The translations under genes and the position numbers were made by a program. Below the pieces are notes generated by a model, which saw only the letters and a program-made list of their open reading frames with translations, was not told where the DNA came from and did no database searches. Shown one piece after another: positions 32,836 through 45,924 of a DNA stretch of 64,000 bases (its first letter is position 1; the number at the start of each line of letters is the position of its first letter). The DNA is from an uncultured Chloroflexia bacterium (GTDB taxonomy: Bacteria > Chloroflexota > UBA6077 > JACCZL01): positions 23,609 through 87,608 of the forward strand of contig CAVXYC010000011.1 in the NCBI GenBank assembly GCA_963765765.1, read 5' to 3'.

Positions 32836-33889
32836 ATGGCTGCACCGGCACCCGCGCTCACATCGTTCATCTCCGCGGACTCGCATGTGATGGAGCCGCA
32901 CGATCTCTGGGAGACGCGATTGCCCGCCGCGCTACGAGACGCCGCACCACACTTTCCCGCGCCAAAGGTTGGCGAAGGATTCCAGGGGCAGACCCGGTGG
33001 GCATGACCCTCACGCCCGACTGGATGAGATGAGCGCGGATAACGTGAGCGTTGAAGTGCTCTACCCCACGCTCACGCTATCGCTGTTCGATCTGGACGAT
33101 GCCGACCTTCCAAGAGGGCTGTTTCCGCGTATTCAACGACTGGCTGATCGACTACTGCCAGGTTTCGCCTGAGCGACTCGTCGGTCTAGCGGCCATCTCT
33201 GCCTACAACATTGAGCACGCCGTGGCGGAGCTCACGCGTTGCGCCCAGGTAGGCCTACGAGGTGCGCTCGTCTGGCAAGCGCCGCATCCGGATTTGCCGT
33301 TACCGGTCAGCATTACGAGCGGCTCTCGGACTGCAGCACAGGACTTGCGCATGCCGATCAGCATGCACATTCTCACGGGACACAGCTACCACAAAGGCGG
33401 TCTTGATCGCGGCGCAAGTCAGGTCAAGCGCGGGGGTCTAACACCCTTCCGTGGCGCGGTGAATCTGAAGATCGCGGACACGGGCCGGAGCCATCTTCGC
33501 CCTCGTCTATAGCGGCGGCTCTGGAGCGCTTTCCCGAGCTGAAGATCGTCAGCGTTGAGACGGAGATGGGCTGGCTGCCGTTCTACGAGCAGCAATGGGA
33601 CTATTACTTCCACCGCTACGCCGCGGCTAACCCGCCCATCAGCGAGCCGCCCAGCACCTATCTCCGCCGGCAGGTCTACGCAACCTTTTTCAACGACCCT
33701 ATGGGCGCTCGCCAGCTCACCTGGTGGGGTCAGGACACCAGCATGTGGTCCAACGACTTCCCCCACCCCAACACCACCTGGCCCAACTCCCAGGCCGTCA
33801 TCACCCGAGCCTCGGCCACCTCCCCGACCCATGTGCAACGCAAAATCCTATGGGAGAATGCGGCGCGGTTATACAGGCTTAAGTCTTAA
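32836..33889 (+). CDS. Amidohydrolase family 2 protein (frame breaks)
   Basis: ISADSHVMEP, EVLYPT, FNDWL, ERFPELKIVSVE..GWLP and MWSNDFPH motifs. Confidence 0.85.
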
Positions 33890-34032
33890 TGATTCAGCGA
33901 AGGCGCAGAGAGACTAATGGGACAGCTGATGTGAACACATGACGACGGCCCGTATAACCGCGCGTGGACGGTTATCGATAGATCGTTACTTTCGCCTCCG
34001 TCCAATAAGTCACAGTTCCGTTCAACTGTAGA

Positions 34033-34780
34033 ATGAATTCTAATAATCCCCCTCCGCACAGATTCCCGTTCCATCCGCGTCCTTGCCACCGAGGCGATCC
34101 GTGACCTGATCTCCAGCCGCTCGCTGGCAAGCGGTGACCGCATCCCCGGTGAGCAGAGTTTGGTGACACTCCTTGGAACGTCTCGCTCCACGGTGCGCGA
34201 AGCGCTCAAGTCGCTCGAGCATGAGGGCCTGCTTGTCAGTCGTCAGGGGGCTGGGACGTTTGTCGCCCAAACGGCACCCGTGACCTTGGATCTGACCGAC
34301 CTGGATTTTCTCCGCCGCAGTACCAATGAGCTCCTGGCAGGTCGAGGACTGCGCGAAGAGTTTCCGTATGTCTACATCGGCGAGGGGATCGCCGATGCGA
34401 CTACGGCAAAACATCTGGGAGTAGAGATTGGCTCCGCCATTGTCATAGCGAATCGAGTGCGCAAGGTCAATGGCGAGCCTATTGGTTTCTTCAGATCGGA
34501 GCTTACGAATTGTCCGGGGCTCCTCGAGAAGCTGCAGGAAGCACAGCCCGCATCGATTCGCGATTTCATCTCCAGGTTGCGCAATGTGCAAATCGATCAC
34601 GCAGTGACAGAGATTCGAGCAGTGTCCGCCTCGTCAGAGCTCGCTCCCATTATCGGTGTACCCGGCGGTCACCCGGTACTCGAAGTACTGCAGATTCGAC
34701 ACGACGATTCCAACGTACCCATCTACCTCACACAAAGCCACTGGCGAACAGGCACTCATTACTTTCCGTCTCACGCATGA
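34033..34780 (+). CDS. GntR/HutC-family regulator with UTRA domain (frame break in C-run near 34050)
   Basis: GDRIPGEQSL..SRSTVREALKSL..RQGAGTFV; UTRA-like C-terminal domain. Confidence 0.88.
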
Positions 34781-34802
34781 GTTCCAGGCCTAAGTTAAAA
34801 GC

Positions 34803-34859
34803 TTGCACCCGGTCCATAAGGCTGGTAAGTTAGGGCGCAACTTGTCAGACATCTGATAA
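34803..34859 (+). promoter_or_regulatory. Promoter plus palindromic GntR-type operator
   Basis: TTGCAC-N17-TAAGTT followed by the dyad TTGTCAGA-CA-TCTGATAA (34842-34859). Confidence 0.65.
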
Positions 34860-34958
34860 CTATCGAGGTGGGTACGATGGCGGACATTGGTGCATTACGA
34901 CAGCAAGTAAGTCGAGAGCGACAACGTCCGGCCCGGTAACTCGGGAACCCGGCGACAC

Positions 34959-36187
34959 GTGCTGCTTCTCCTGATTGTCACAATTCCCGGGGTCCTGTCC
35001 CTTGCAGCGTGCAGTCCACCCGCACCAGCTTCACCCACCGCGGCCAGCAAGCCAGCGGCCGCGGGCCGGCGCATCGCCCGTCGTAGCCGCAAGCCCCGCG
35101 GGCTCAGCTGCCGCTCCATCGGCCCTTCACCGGCGGCAAGCCCTGCGGAATCTTCACGGTCGGATTCCGGCAGCCGCCACCCAGCCGACTGGCAGAGTGG
35201 ACCAGTCGCTCGCGAACATCTGGCAGGGGAAGACGCTCACCATCGTTGCAGGTGAGGCGGCCGGAAGTGCGAACGACACGACCGCGCGCATCATGGCACG
35301 GCATCTCGGTCGACATTTCCCCGGTGAGCCAACGATCATCGTCCAAAACTTGCCCCGGCGGGTCGCATCGCATTGCCATGAACTTTCTATACACCGCCAA
35401 GCCAGACGGTCTCGCCATCGGCATCGTCGATCTCAACGTCCCCTTCTACCAGCTCTCCGGTGAGGGTGCTGAGCAGGGCGTTCGCTACGACGTCAACAAG
35501 ATGCACTGGCTGGGCAGCCCCACGGTGCTGATTCAACCGCTGGCCGCGCACCAGCGAGCGGGCGCAACGCCTTCCGACCTGAGCTCACTGGCAACACGAG
35601 AAGTAAAGATGGCCAACACGTCCGCTGGCGATTCCCCGCACGTGATTCAGGCAGTACTGAATGGCGTTTTCGGTTGGAAGCTCAAGCCGATCTTTGGCTA
35701 CCAGGGCACCCAGAACCGGGAGCTTGGCGTGATGCGGGGTGAAGTGGATGGCATGGTGAGCACCTGGGACAGCTTCCGCCGAACCATGGGCGATGAATTC
35801 AAAGCCAAGAACATGCTCCCCCTCCTGGCCATCGGCGACCTGGGAAACGATCCGCTCCTCGACGGCGTCTCGACGCTAGACAAGCTGGTGGCAACCAAGA
35901 CCGCGGAGGACAAGGCCCTGGTGGATCTGGCCGTTCGGCGCTATGACTGGGGTCGACCAATGGTGGCGCCACCCGACACCCCAGCAAACGTGGTGGCTAC
36001 GATCCGTGCGGCTGTCAGCCTTACCTTCGCCGACCCGAGCTTCCTGGCGGACGCTCAACAGATCGAGCTTGAGGTGATTCCGGTTTCCGGTGATCGGGTC
36101 CAGGAGCTTATGACCAGCTTCATGAAGACACCAAAACCTGTGCTGGACCGCATGCAGTCGCTCATCGATGCGGAGGCAGGTAATTGA
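34959..36187 (+). CDS. TctC/Bug-like substrate-binding lipoprotein (frame breaks)
   Basis: LAAC lipobox, GKTLTIVAG..DTTAR..HFPGEPTIIVQN, KPDGL, GYQG..RGEVDG and APPDTP. Confidence 0.8.
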
Positions 36188-37588
36188 CCGTTGAGCCCGC
36201 GCAGATGACCGCCACAGAGCAGCTCGCTGAGTATGTTGCAAACCTGCGGTACGAGGATCTTCCAGCACACGTGATCGAGATGGCCAAGCTGAGCATTCGC
36301 GACATCGTAAGTGTGGCGCTGTTTGCAAGCGATCTCGACTGGACGATGATGGCGGCGGCTATGGCACGCGAAGCCGAATGCGCCCCGGTGGCCAGCGTCT
36401 GGGGCCACGGCTGGAAGACCTCGGCTCCTTACGCAGCGCTGGTCAACGGGACCGCCGCTCACGGCATTGAGATGGACGACCGCAGCCATAACCTGGAGAT
36501 TCACAATGGTGCTGCCACCGTTTCCGCAGCCATCGCCATGGCCGAGCGGTGCGGCAGAAGCGGGCGCGACATCATCCTTGGCGTGGTCTGCGGTTATGAG
36601 GTCGCCTTCCGCGTAGCGCGGGCAACTCGAGGCGGCATCTGGCCGCGCTTCTATTCCGATGGAATCAGGAGCTTCTGGGGCGCCGCCGCTGCGGCGGGTA
36701 AGCTGCTCGAGCTCGACAAAAAGGGCATGGTCTATACCTTCGGTATCACCGGTAGCATGGCTTCCGGCCTGATGGAAGACACGCTCGATCCATTTGGCAC
36801 GATGGTCAAACGACTCCAGGGCGGCGGATGGCAGGGCTATTCCGGCGTCACGGCCGCGCTCCTGGCGCAACAAGGGCTCACGGCGCCGCGCGCCATGATT
36901 GATGGCGAGGATGGGTTCTGCAATTCCTTTTGCACCGTCAAGGAGCCCGATCTCGAGCTTCTCACGAGAGACCTCGGGGAAGACTTCGAGATGCTCCACT
37001 GGGAGACAAAGCCTTACGCCACCCGCGGCGCTTACCACAGTGCCATCGACGCAGTGAAAGAGCTGCGCGCGGAGCACGGCGTTCAAGCGGAGCAGGTTGA
37101 GCGCATCGTCATGGGTGCGTCCAGCCGAATTGCCGGGAATTCGAACGTCGGGAAGCCTGATTCGGTGATGGCGGCGCAGTACAACTTGCCCTTCGTCATC
37201 TCCGCGGCCTTTCGCCACGATCTAGCCAACCCCGCCATCTGGAACGAGCAGCACTCTTCAGGATGCCCGCATCTGGGACACGTGGAATCGAGCGTCGGTG
37301 GAAGTCGACCCGGAGATCGACGCGATCTACAAGCAGACTGGAACCAACGCGGGTATCCGTGTGACGGCTCAGCTCACGTCCGGTCAGACCATTAGCGTGT
37401 GGCGAAAACACGCCAAAGGCACACCGGAGAATCCGATGACACGAGCGGACCTGGACTCCAAGTTCACGCTCCTTGCAGCTCACGCGCTCGGAGATGAAGG
37501 TGCCGCCCGACTCGGATCCACTCTGGACCATCTCGAGGACGCGCCGGCGCCATTTGATCTCACCACCCTGACCACGCGCTCCGCGTAA
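36184..37588 (+). CDS. MmgE/PrpD family protein 1 (frame break near 37255)
   Basis: NGTAAHGIEMDD, KRLQGGGW, ETKPY, AQYNLPF and KGTPENPM. Confidence 0.88.
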
Positions 37589-37615
37589 TCGCGACGGGGC
37601 TGACAAGGACTAGCT

Positions 37616-38986
37616 ATGAGAGAAACAGAGCAGCTCGTTACCTGGGTTGATCAACTCACCTACGCGGACCTGCCTGAGCCGGTGGTCGACATGGCCAAGG
37701 CATGCATTCGCGATGCAGTGGGTGTTGGCTTGTTCGCGAGCAGCCTTGAATGGACCCAGATGGTGGCCGCGATGGCTCGCGAGGCCGACTGTGCGCCAGT
37801 TGCTAGCGTCTGGGGCTGCGATTGGAAAACCTCGGCGCCATACGCCGCGATGATCAATGGCACCGGGGTCCACGGAATCGAGATGGATGATCGCAGTCAC
37901 AACCTGGAGATTCACAACGGCGCTGCGACCGTTCCGGCGGCCCTGGCACTGGCCGAGAAATCGGGTAAGAGTGGCCAGGATCTCATCGTTGCGGTCGTGT
38001 GCGGTTTCGAGGTGGCGTTCAGGCTGGCTCGCGCCACCCAGGCCCGGATCGAGAACTTTTACTGGAGCAGCGTCCGCAGCGTGTTTGGATCGGCAGCGGC
38101 TTCAGGCAAGGTGATCGGGCTCGACCATAAGGGCTTGCTGAACACGCTTGGTATCACGGGCAGCCTGGCTTCGGGCCTGCACGAGCACGTCCACGATCCA
38201 CGCGGGACCATGGTGAAACGACTCCAGGGGGGAGGATGGCCGGCGCAATCAGGAGCGACCGCAGCGCTTCTTGCCGAGAAGGGCATGACGGCGCCGTCCA
38301 CGATCCTGGAGGGCAAACTGGGTGTCTGCCAATCCTTCTGCACCAAAGGTGAGCCCGATATCCAAGCGCTCGTTCGAGGGCTAGGCGAGGGATTCGAGAT
38401 CGAGCACTGGGAGACCAAACCATACGCAACATGGGGCAGCGCGGCCGGCATCCTTGACGCCCTTTCACAGGCACGTGAAGAAGCCGGTGTCTCGCCAGAC
38501 GAGGTGACGCGCATCTCAGTTGGCTGCTCGAACAAGAGCATGACAAACGCACGCCGCCCGTGGCCGCAATCGGTCCTGTCGGCGCAGGCGAATATGCCAT
38601 TCGTCGTGGCCGCCAGCTTCTACTACGATATGGGCGACCCGGGCATCTGGAGCGAGGAGATCCTGTCCGACGAGCGTATCCCAAGGCTCGCGGAGCGCTT
38701 CGAGACATTCATCGACGATGAGCTGGAGCGTCAGGCCGCCGAGACCAATGTCATCGGTGCGGGCAAGGTCGCGCTGACGCTGGCCGACGGGCGCACAATC
38801 AAGGCGTGGGTACCACATCCATCGGGAACGCCTGAAAACCCACTCACGGAGGAGCAGCTCACCCGGAAATTCCGGACCCTGAGCAGCCGCGCACTGCCGG
38901 ATGCACAGATCGATGAGCTGCTGCGCTACATCAATACGCTCGACACGCACACGGGCCAGCTCGATTTGGCAGCGTCGCGGACATGA
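37616..38986 (+). CDS. MmgE/PrpD family protein 2
   Basis: Intact 456-aa ORF with the same motifs as paralog 1. Confidence 0.92.
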   Translation: MRETEQLVTWVDQLTYADLPEPVVDMAKACIRDAVGVGLFASSLEWTQMVAAMAREADCAPVASVWGCDWKTSAPYAAMINGTGVHGIEMDDRSHNLEIHNGAATVPAALALAEKSGKSGQDLIVAVVCGFEVAFRLARATQARIENFYWSSVRSVFGSAAASGKVIGLDHKGLLNTLGITGSLASGLHEHVHDPRGTMVKRLQGGGWPAQSGATAALLAEKGMTAPSTILEGKLGVCQSFCTKGEPDIQALVRGLGEGFEIEHWETKPYATWGSAAGILDALSQAREEAGVSPDEVTRISVGCSNKSMTNARRPWPQSVLSAQANMPFVVAASFYYDMGDPGIWSEEILSDERIPRLAERFETFIDDELERQAAETNVIGAGKVALTLADGRTIKAWVPHPSGTPENPLTEEQLTRKFRTLSSRALPDAQIDELLRYINTLDTHTGQLDLAASRT

Positions 38987-39038
38987 GCGGGTTCAGATCA
39001 CAGGAGTCGGAACCATTCAACTCGGAGATCGCTACCAT

Positions 39039-40307
39039 ATGACCGATCGGAACACACAGCGCACATCATTGCGGGACCGTGCGCAGCGAAGTGCGGGCGG
39101 GATTCTGCTGATCGCATGCGTGGCTCTGGCCGCGTGCTCGAGTCCGGCCACGCCATCACCCACTACCAAGCCGTCGGCCCCGGCTGCTCCGGCAAACCCG
39201 GCAGCGCCGGCCGCCGCATCTCCGGCGGCGGCCAAGCCCGCTGCTTCACCGGCAGCCTCTCCAGCCGCCTCCCCCGCGGCGCAGGCGCCCGTCGTGCCGA
39301 AGCCGTCTGCGCCACCGGATCCGGCGCTGGCCAGTGTGTGGTCGGGCAAGGTGTTCACCATGGTCATCAGCGAGGCGCCGGGCGGCGCCGCTGATGCTAC
39401 GGCGCGGCTGGTGGGCACCCATCTGGTGAAGCACCTTCCGGGCAACCCGACGTACGTTCCGCAGAACATGCCCGGTGCTAATAGCCGTATCGCGGCCAAC
39501 TCCCTGTACACAGCTAAAGGGGACGGCTTGACCGTCGGGATGGTCAACTCCGGGGTCCCCCGCATTCCAGCTCGCTGGTGAGGGGGCCGAACAGGGGGTG
39601 CGCTACGACGTCACCAAGTTCGAGTGGATCGGGAGTCCCACGGTTCAGACGCAGGCGCTCGTGGTCCATCAGAAGGTCGGCGTCACAGTGCAGACGCTCG
39701 ATCAGCTCAAGACCAAGACCGTGACATTAGCTGGGCAATCGCCGGGCGAGACAACCCAGATGGTGTCGGTGCTGCTCAACCATGCGCTGGGCTGGGAACT
39801 CAAGACCGTCTTTGGTTACCAGGGCCTCCCCGGGGCGCATCCTGGGCATCGATCGCGGCGAGGTGGACGGACTTGTGGCCACCTGGGACGGCGTACCATT
39901 GATCAAGGGCGACGACCTGCGCAACACGACACTCCTGCCCCTGTGATCGCCGGTAAACAGAAGGTCCACCCGCTCCCTGGCAGGCGTACCCAACGCAGAA
40001 CGGCTTTTTGCCAACACCACACCCGAGACGCGAGAAATGCTGGCACTGGTGACACGGCCGTATGAATGGGCGCGACCGTTTCTGGCGCCTCCCGAAACGC
40101 CGGCCAACATCGTCGCCGGTTTGCGCGCCGCGTTCGACGCGACCATGGCAGATCCTGACTTCCAGGCCGAGGCCAGGTGCCTTCAGATCGACGTCCTGCC
40201 GGTCTCGGGCGAGCGGATGCAGACCGGGCATGGCCGAGTATCTGAAATCGTCGCGGGAAACCGTCGATAAGCTCCAGGCGCTGGTCGACGCGGATGCTCC
40301 CCAGTGA
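39039..40307 (+). CDS. TctC/Bug-like substrate-binding lipoprotein (frame breaks)
   Basis: LAAC lipobox, AP-rich linker, PGGAADATAR..HLPGNP..QNMPGA and YEWARPFLAPPETP. Confidence 0.8.
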
Positions 40308-40339
40308 TGTCCCGGCTCGACCGGGAGCTGTCGATGCCA

Positions 40340-41718
40340 ATGAAAGAGACATCTCGTCTCGCGTCCTTCCTCGCAGATCTTCGCTACGAAGATCTGCCGC
40401 CGTATGTTTTTGTCCAGCTTGCCAAACCTGGCAATTCGAGACGCCATCGGCGTGGGCCTGTTCAGCACTCGCTTGCAGTGGTCGCAGATCGTCGCGGACT
40501 TTGCTCACGATATGGCGGGGGGAGGGTCGTCCCACTGTCTGGGGGCGACCGTGGCGGATGACGGCTCCGTACGCGGCCCTGGTGAACGCGACGGCCACGC
40601 ACGGAATCGAGATGGACGATCGCAGCCACAACCTGCAGATCCACAACGGCGCGACCACTGTGCCCGCGGCCGTTTCTCCCCACCCAGCACGCCCTGGCGG
40701 GTCTGGACGCGACCTGATCCTGGCAGTGGTCTGTGGTTACGAAGCGGCCTACCGCGTGGCCCGAGCGTCGCAGCGTCGCATCGAGCGTTTCTACTGGGTG
40801 AGTAATCGGAACATCTGGGGTGCGTCGGCCGCAGCGGCGAAGGCGCTGAAACTGAGCCAGGGCGAATTCGTGTGTGCGTTCGGAATCGCTGGCGGCATGG
40901 CGTCGGGTCTGTGGGAATTCACCCACGATCAGGCGGGCATGATGTCCAAGCGACTCCAGGGCGGCGGCTGGCCTGCGTACTCCGGAGTAACGGCGGCACT
41001 TCTCGCACAGCGCGAATTTACCGGACCAGCCAGCATTCTGGAAGGTGAGAGCGGATTCTTACAGTCATTTTGCACCGCCGGAGACCCGACACTCAGGGAC
41101 TGGCGCGGAATCTGGGTGAAGATTTCGAGATGCGCCACTGGGAGACCAAGGCCTATGCCACGCGCGGCGTCTTCAGCACGCCAGTAGAATGCGTCTATCG
41201 TTTGGTCGCAGAGCAGGGTGTTGAGCCGCGGAGCATCAGACGGTCCGCGCTGGAGTGTCGTGAAGGGCTGGTCCAGCACACGACTACCGGTCGGCCCCCG
41301 TCGCTGACGGCCGCTCAATACAACGTGCCCTTCGTCGTAGCAGCAGCCTTCTACTACGATCTCCAGGATCCGTCGATCTGGGACCAATCGATCCTGCAAG
41401 ACGAGCGCGTCCTGGCGCTCTCCGAGCTTGTGGAGGTACAGCCAGATCCACAGGCATCCGACGAGTACGGTCCTCTGGGCTCACGCCTTACGGCGACGCT
41501 GGCGGATGGCCGAACCGTGAGCGTGCACGTGCGACACGACAAAGGGTCACCGGAAAACCCCATGACGGCGCATGACGTACATGCGAAGTTTGATGTGTTG
41601 AGCTCGGTACGCACTGCCCCGCGCCCAGGCAGATGCTCTAAGTCTATTCATCGACAAGCTCGATCGCGTCGACACACCGCTGGATTTGAGCGATCTGGCG
41701 GGACGGTCGACTCGCTGA
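40340..41718 (+). CDS. MmgE/PrpD family protein 3 (frame breaks)
   Basis: HGIEMDDRSHNLQIHNG, KRLQGGGW, ETKAY and KGSPENPM. Confidence 0.85.
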
Positions 41719-41733
41719 AGGAGACCGAATACC

Positions 41734-43124
41734 ATGAGAGAGACCCAGCAGCTCGCGGAGTACGTGTCTTCGCTGCAATACGAGGATTTACCGTCCGACG
41801 TGGTGATCACCGCCAAGAACGTCATCCGGGACATGGTGGGCGTCGGGTTATTTGCCAGCCGACTCCCCTGGACTGAGAAAGTGACCGACTTCGCCCAGGC
41901 CGCGGGTGGCCGAGGGAAGAGCACGGTCTGGGGTCGGGAGTGGCAGCTGACGGCGCCGTACGCCGCGTTAGCCAACGGCACAGCCGCCCACGGCATCGAG
42001 ATGGATGAGCGGATCCACGGCCAGGACCTGCACAACGGCTCGTCGAGCGTCGCGGCCGGCATTGCCACTGCCGAGTATGCCGATGGGCAACGGGACGGGA
42101 CCTGATTCTGGCAATCGCCTGCGGTTATGAGATCGCGTCCCGCGTCAGTCGAGCATCCGATCGGCAAGCGCGCCAGTTCTATCCCAGCAGTCTGTGGAAC
42201 ATCCTGGGATGCACCACGGCCGTGGGCCTGCTCCTTGGCCTGGATGCCGAAGGACTGCAGAACGCGCTGGGCATCGCCGGCGGCATGGCCTGCGGCCTCA
42301 CCGAATACGATCACGACCCGCACGGGACCATGGTCAAGCGGCTCCAGGGTGGCGGCTGGCCCGCCCAGGCGGGCGTGACGGCCGCTATGCTGGCACAACG
42401 GGGTTTCACCGGCCCGATCGAGCATCATCGAGGGAGAGAACGGCATGCTGCGTTCGTTCTGCACCACCGGCGAGCGTACCACGGAAGGGCACTCACCGAT
42501 CGGCTGGGCGAAACCTGGGAGATGCCGCTCTGGGAGACCAAGTGGTTCGCCGCCTGGGGCGGATCGCACAGCGGAATCGAGGCCGTCCTCACACTGCGCG
42601 AAGAGCACGACCTGACACCCGAGCAGATCGACTCGATCGAAGTTGGCATCAGCGAGAAGATCTATCCTAAGACTCAGAGGTCGGTGCCGCGCAGTATCCT
42701 AGCTGCCCAGCACAATCTGCCATTTATCATCGGCGCCGCATTCTATTACGACCTGCACGATCCACGAGTGTGGCAGGATAGCATTCTGGACGACGAACGA
42801 GTGCTAGCCATCGCCGCCCGTGTCAAAGCACATGTGGATCAGGAGATCAACGATATCGTCCTCGCCACCCGCGATCTCGGTGGCACCAAATTGACCATCG
42901 ATCTATCCGACGGTCGCCAGGTGAGCACCTACGTGCGCTACACCAAGGGAACGCTGGACAATCCACTCTCACCTGCCGAGCTTGATGATAAGTTCCGCAT
43001 GATGAGCGGCGCCGCCCTCGGCCCCCAGCAAGTTGATGCTCTCAGCGACCTGCTGACGAATCTCGAGCGCAGTGCCCGCCCGCTGGACATGAGCTTGGCG
43101 CTACGTCAGGGAGCGCTCGCATAG
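41734..43124 (+). CDS. MmgE/PrpD family protein 4 (frame breaks)
   Basis: NGTAAHGIEMDE, KRLQGGGW, AQHNLPF and KGTLDNPL. Confidence 0.85.
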
Positions 43125-43130
43125 GAACCA

Positions 43131-44432
43131 TCAGACGAACCGCTCCGATATCCAACCCGCCACATAGTCAAACGTTGTCTTCACGGTGTCTCCGTATTGC
43201 CCGGGGAACTCCTCGCAGGCCGCGCACGGGGTGATATTGTGTGAGGGCGCCTTCCACGAAGACGAGCCTCTTGTCCGTGCTGCCGGGGTGCTGGAAAAAG
43301 ATCTCGCCCGGCACCATCCAGTAGTGGCCCGTCATGGCCATGAGCAACAATGGCACGTGCACGCCTTCCAGATTGGCCGGCGTGGACGTGTTGGACGAAT
43401 TCCAATCGATGCCCTGGATGTCGTCTTCGGTGATGGCGTAACGGTCCGTAATTTACGTGAATTGGCGTTGCTGCTCAGCCAGGACTTTACGGAGTAGGCG
43501 ATTGCTCCCGATGACCACGAGGGGATTCTGTGCGGCCGTCAAACTCGCCGCCCCGCCAGAGCTGGGCGTCACGCCAGGTACCCGGACGCTGTGCGGAACA
43601 TCCACAATCGTTGACCCGTCCGAGCGAAGTATCGGATAAGCGTCCTTCGTGTGCGCGATCAGCCGTGGATCGAGCTGCCAGATGCGCGCCTGGCCGCGTG
43701 CGAGCGGAAAGGGCTCGTCATCCGGTAGACAGGCCCCGCCCCTGCCGAATAAGCTCCAGCCGTTCTTGAGCGCGCTGGGTCAGACGTTGCATCCGCTGCG
43801 CTTGCGCTCGCAGGTAACGATGCCGAAAGTCGTCACTGTACCGCGGGCCTGCGGGATTGTAACCGTTTCGGGGATCGAAGACGTCCAGCGTTGGATCGAT
43901 TCGATTCGGGGCCTGCATCCTCGTCCACGACTGCCGTATCATGGCCGTGAGCGTGTTGGCAGCGTAGCCGTGATGCGCGTCCAACAGCACCAGGCCATCA
44001 GCGGGCGGCAGTCCGTCTAGATCGTCTCCGCCCCGCGCGAACCGGCCCTTCGACCCGCGCCGCCGCCACGCCATTCTCCGCCACGTTTTGATAGAAGGGC
44101 ATGAGCTGACCGCCGCCGCTGTGGCCGATGAGTACTACCTGCTTGATTCCGGGGAGACCACGCAGATAGTCCACAGCAAGCTTCACATCCAGCGGCACCT
44201 GCTCCCAGATCATCGTCTCGCGGTTGGTATTGAAATAGCGCCCGTTTACGCCCATCGCCCGGAAACCGCGGCTCGCCAGCTCACTGCAACCGATATGGGT
44301 CATGTAGTTGGAGTTGGGATGCATGAACACCACTCCAACCGAGGTCTTCTGCCTGGCTCCGATCGGGGCTGTACAGTAGCCCCATGGTCTGTCCGCGAAG
44401 GCGTACGAAATCCAGGTTTAAGTGATCAGTCA
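43131..44432 (-). CDS. Alpha/beta-hydrolase-fold protein (several frame breaks)
   Basis: MHPNSNY, GHSGGG nucleophile elbow, DGLVLLDAHHG and FVEGA; ends TFDYVAGWISERFV. Confidence 0.7.
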
Positions 44433-45659
44433 CCGGCCCGAATGACCTTGTTTTTCTCAACTACCACAATGCCATTGGGCGACATCGTGAAGCGCTTCTT
44501 GTCGAGCTCATGATCCAGGCCGACCCTGGCGCCATCTTCAACGATGACGTTCTTGTCCAGAATCGCGTTGCGGACTACGGCGCCGTAACCAACGCGGACG
44601 TTATCCAGCAGCACTGAGCCATCGACGCGCGCTCCGCGCTGGACTCGTACAAGCGGCGAAAGCACCGAGTTCTGCACGGTTCCGCCTGCCACGATGACAC
44701 CGGCGCGGAGCAATGAGTCGTGCGCCTCACCCTGCTGTTGGTCCAGCACAAGTTTGGCCGGTGGGGCACTTGTGGGATGCCAGGTGTGGATGGGCCACTG
44801 TAGGTTATAGAGATTGAACGCCGGGACCCGGCGCCACCAGATCCATGTGCGCGTCGTAGTACGCGTCAATAGTACCGACGTCACGCCAGTAGCCCCAGTC
44901 CGCCTCGGTAGACCCCGGAACTTTATTCAATGTGAAGTCGTAACAGCTTGCATCACCACGCTCCACGAATTTAGGCACCAGGCTTCCGCCGATGTCGTGT
45001 GCGCTGCGGTGATCCCTGGAATCCGTCGTCACCGCGTCTACCAGCGCGGCTGTGGTGAAGATGTAATTACCCATGGAAGCCAGGATCTGGTCCGGGGCAT
45101 CGGTCAAGCCCGGCGCACTCGCCGGTGTTCTCGCGGAAGGCCTCGATTCGACCGTCCGTGCCATCCTGGATGACACCAAAGGCGCTTGCCTCAGCTCGTC
45201 GGTACCCTGACGGCCGCCACTGTGAGTCCGGCGCCACTGGCGATATGGTGCTCCAGCATCTGCTGAGGGTCCATGCGGTAGATGTGGTCCGCGCCGAACA
45301 CGAGGATGTAGTCCGGCCGCTCGTCATAGATCAGGTTGAGGTCTTCTGGTACACAGCGTCCGCTGAGCCGAGGAACCACTGCGGGCCACGGCGCATTTGT
45401 GCCGGCACGGGCGGCCACGTAGTGACCCAGCATGGCGCTCATCTGCCAGGTCTGAGCCACGTGTCTATCCAGACTGTGGCTTTTGTACTGAGTGAGCACA
45501 ACGATCTTGCGGTAGCCCCCGTTGGCGATGTTCGAGAGTACGAAATCGACCAGGCGATACGTGCCGCCAAAGGGCACAGCCGGTCTTTGCGCGGTCGGCT
45601 GTTAGTGGGCTGAGACGCTTTCCCTCTCCGCCCGCGATGACCATAGCAAGAACCTGCAT
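44426..45659 (-). CDS. glgC: Glucose-1-phosphate adenylyltransferase (frame breaks)
   Basis: [47 protein letters not shown] and YWRDVGT motifs. Confidence 0.93.
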
Positions 45660-45924
45660 CTTATGCCCCTTCTGGTGCTGTTCGCGCCAGGCGATTGTGC
45701 GCCACCGCTATATTACTGACCAGATTAACAAGCGGATTAACCGTACCACGTCGGAATCCGACAAATGGCGACCGATTTCAGGTGAAATCTGGCAATCTAT
45801 GCGGCTTGTCAGGCTTGGCGCTGGAGCCTGTGGTGGCTATTGCAAGGTGCAGCCTCTAGTGGGTGTGCTGCGCGCGCCAATTCGTACCCGGTGCACGTGG
45901 CCGTCTCCGAAGGGAAATCTTACG

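Noticed and set aside
39160-39300. GC-rich quasi-repeats
   Set aside because: They encode the Ala/Pro/Ser lipoprotein linker.
36055-42608. Long minus-strand ORFs (387 aa, 353 aa, 251 aa)
   Set aside because: Antisense shadows of the MmgE/PrpD and TctC genes in GC-rich DNA.
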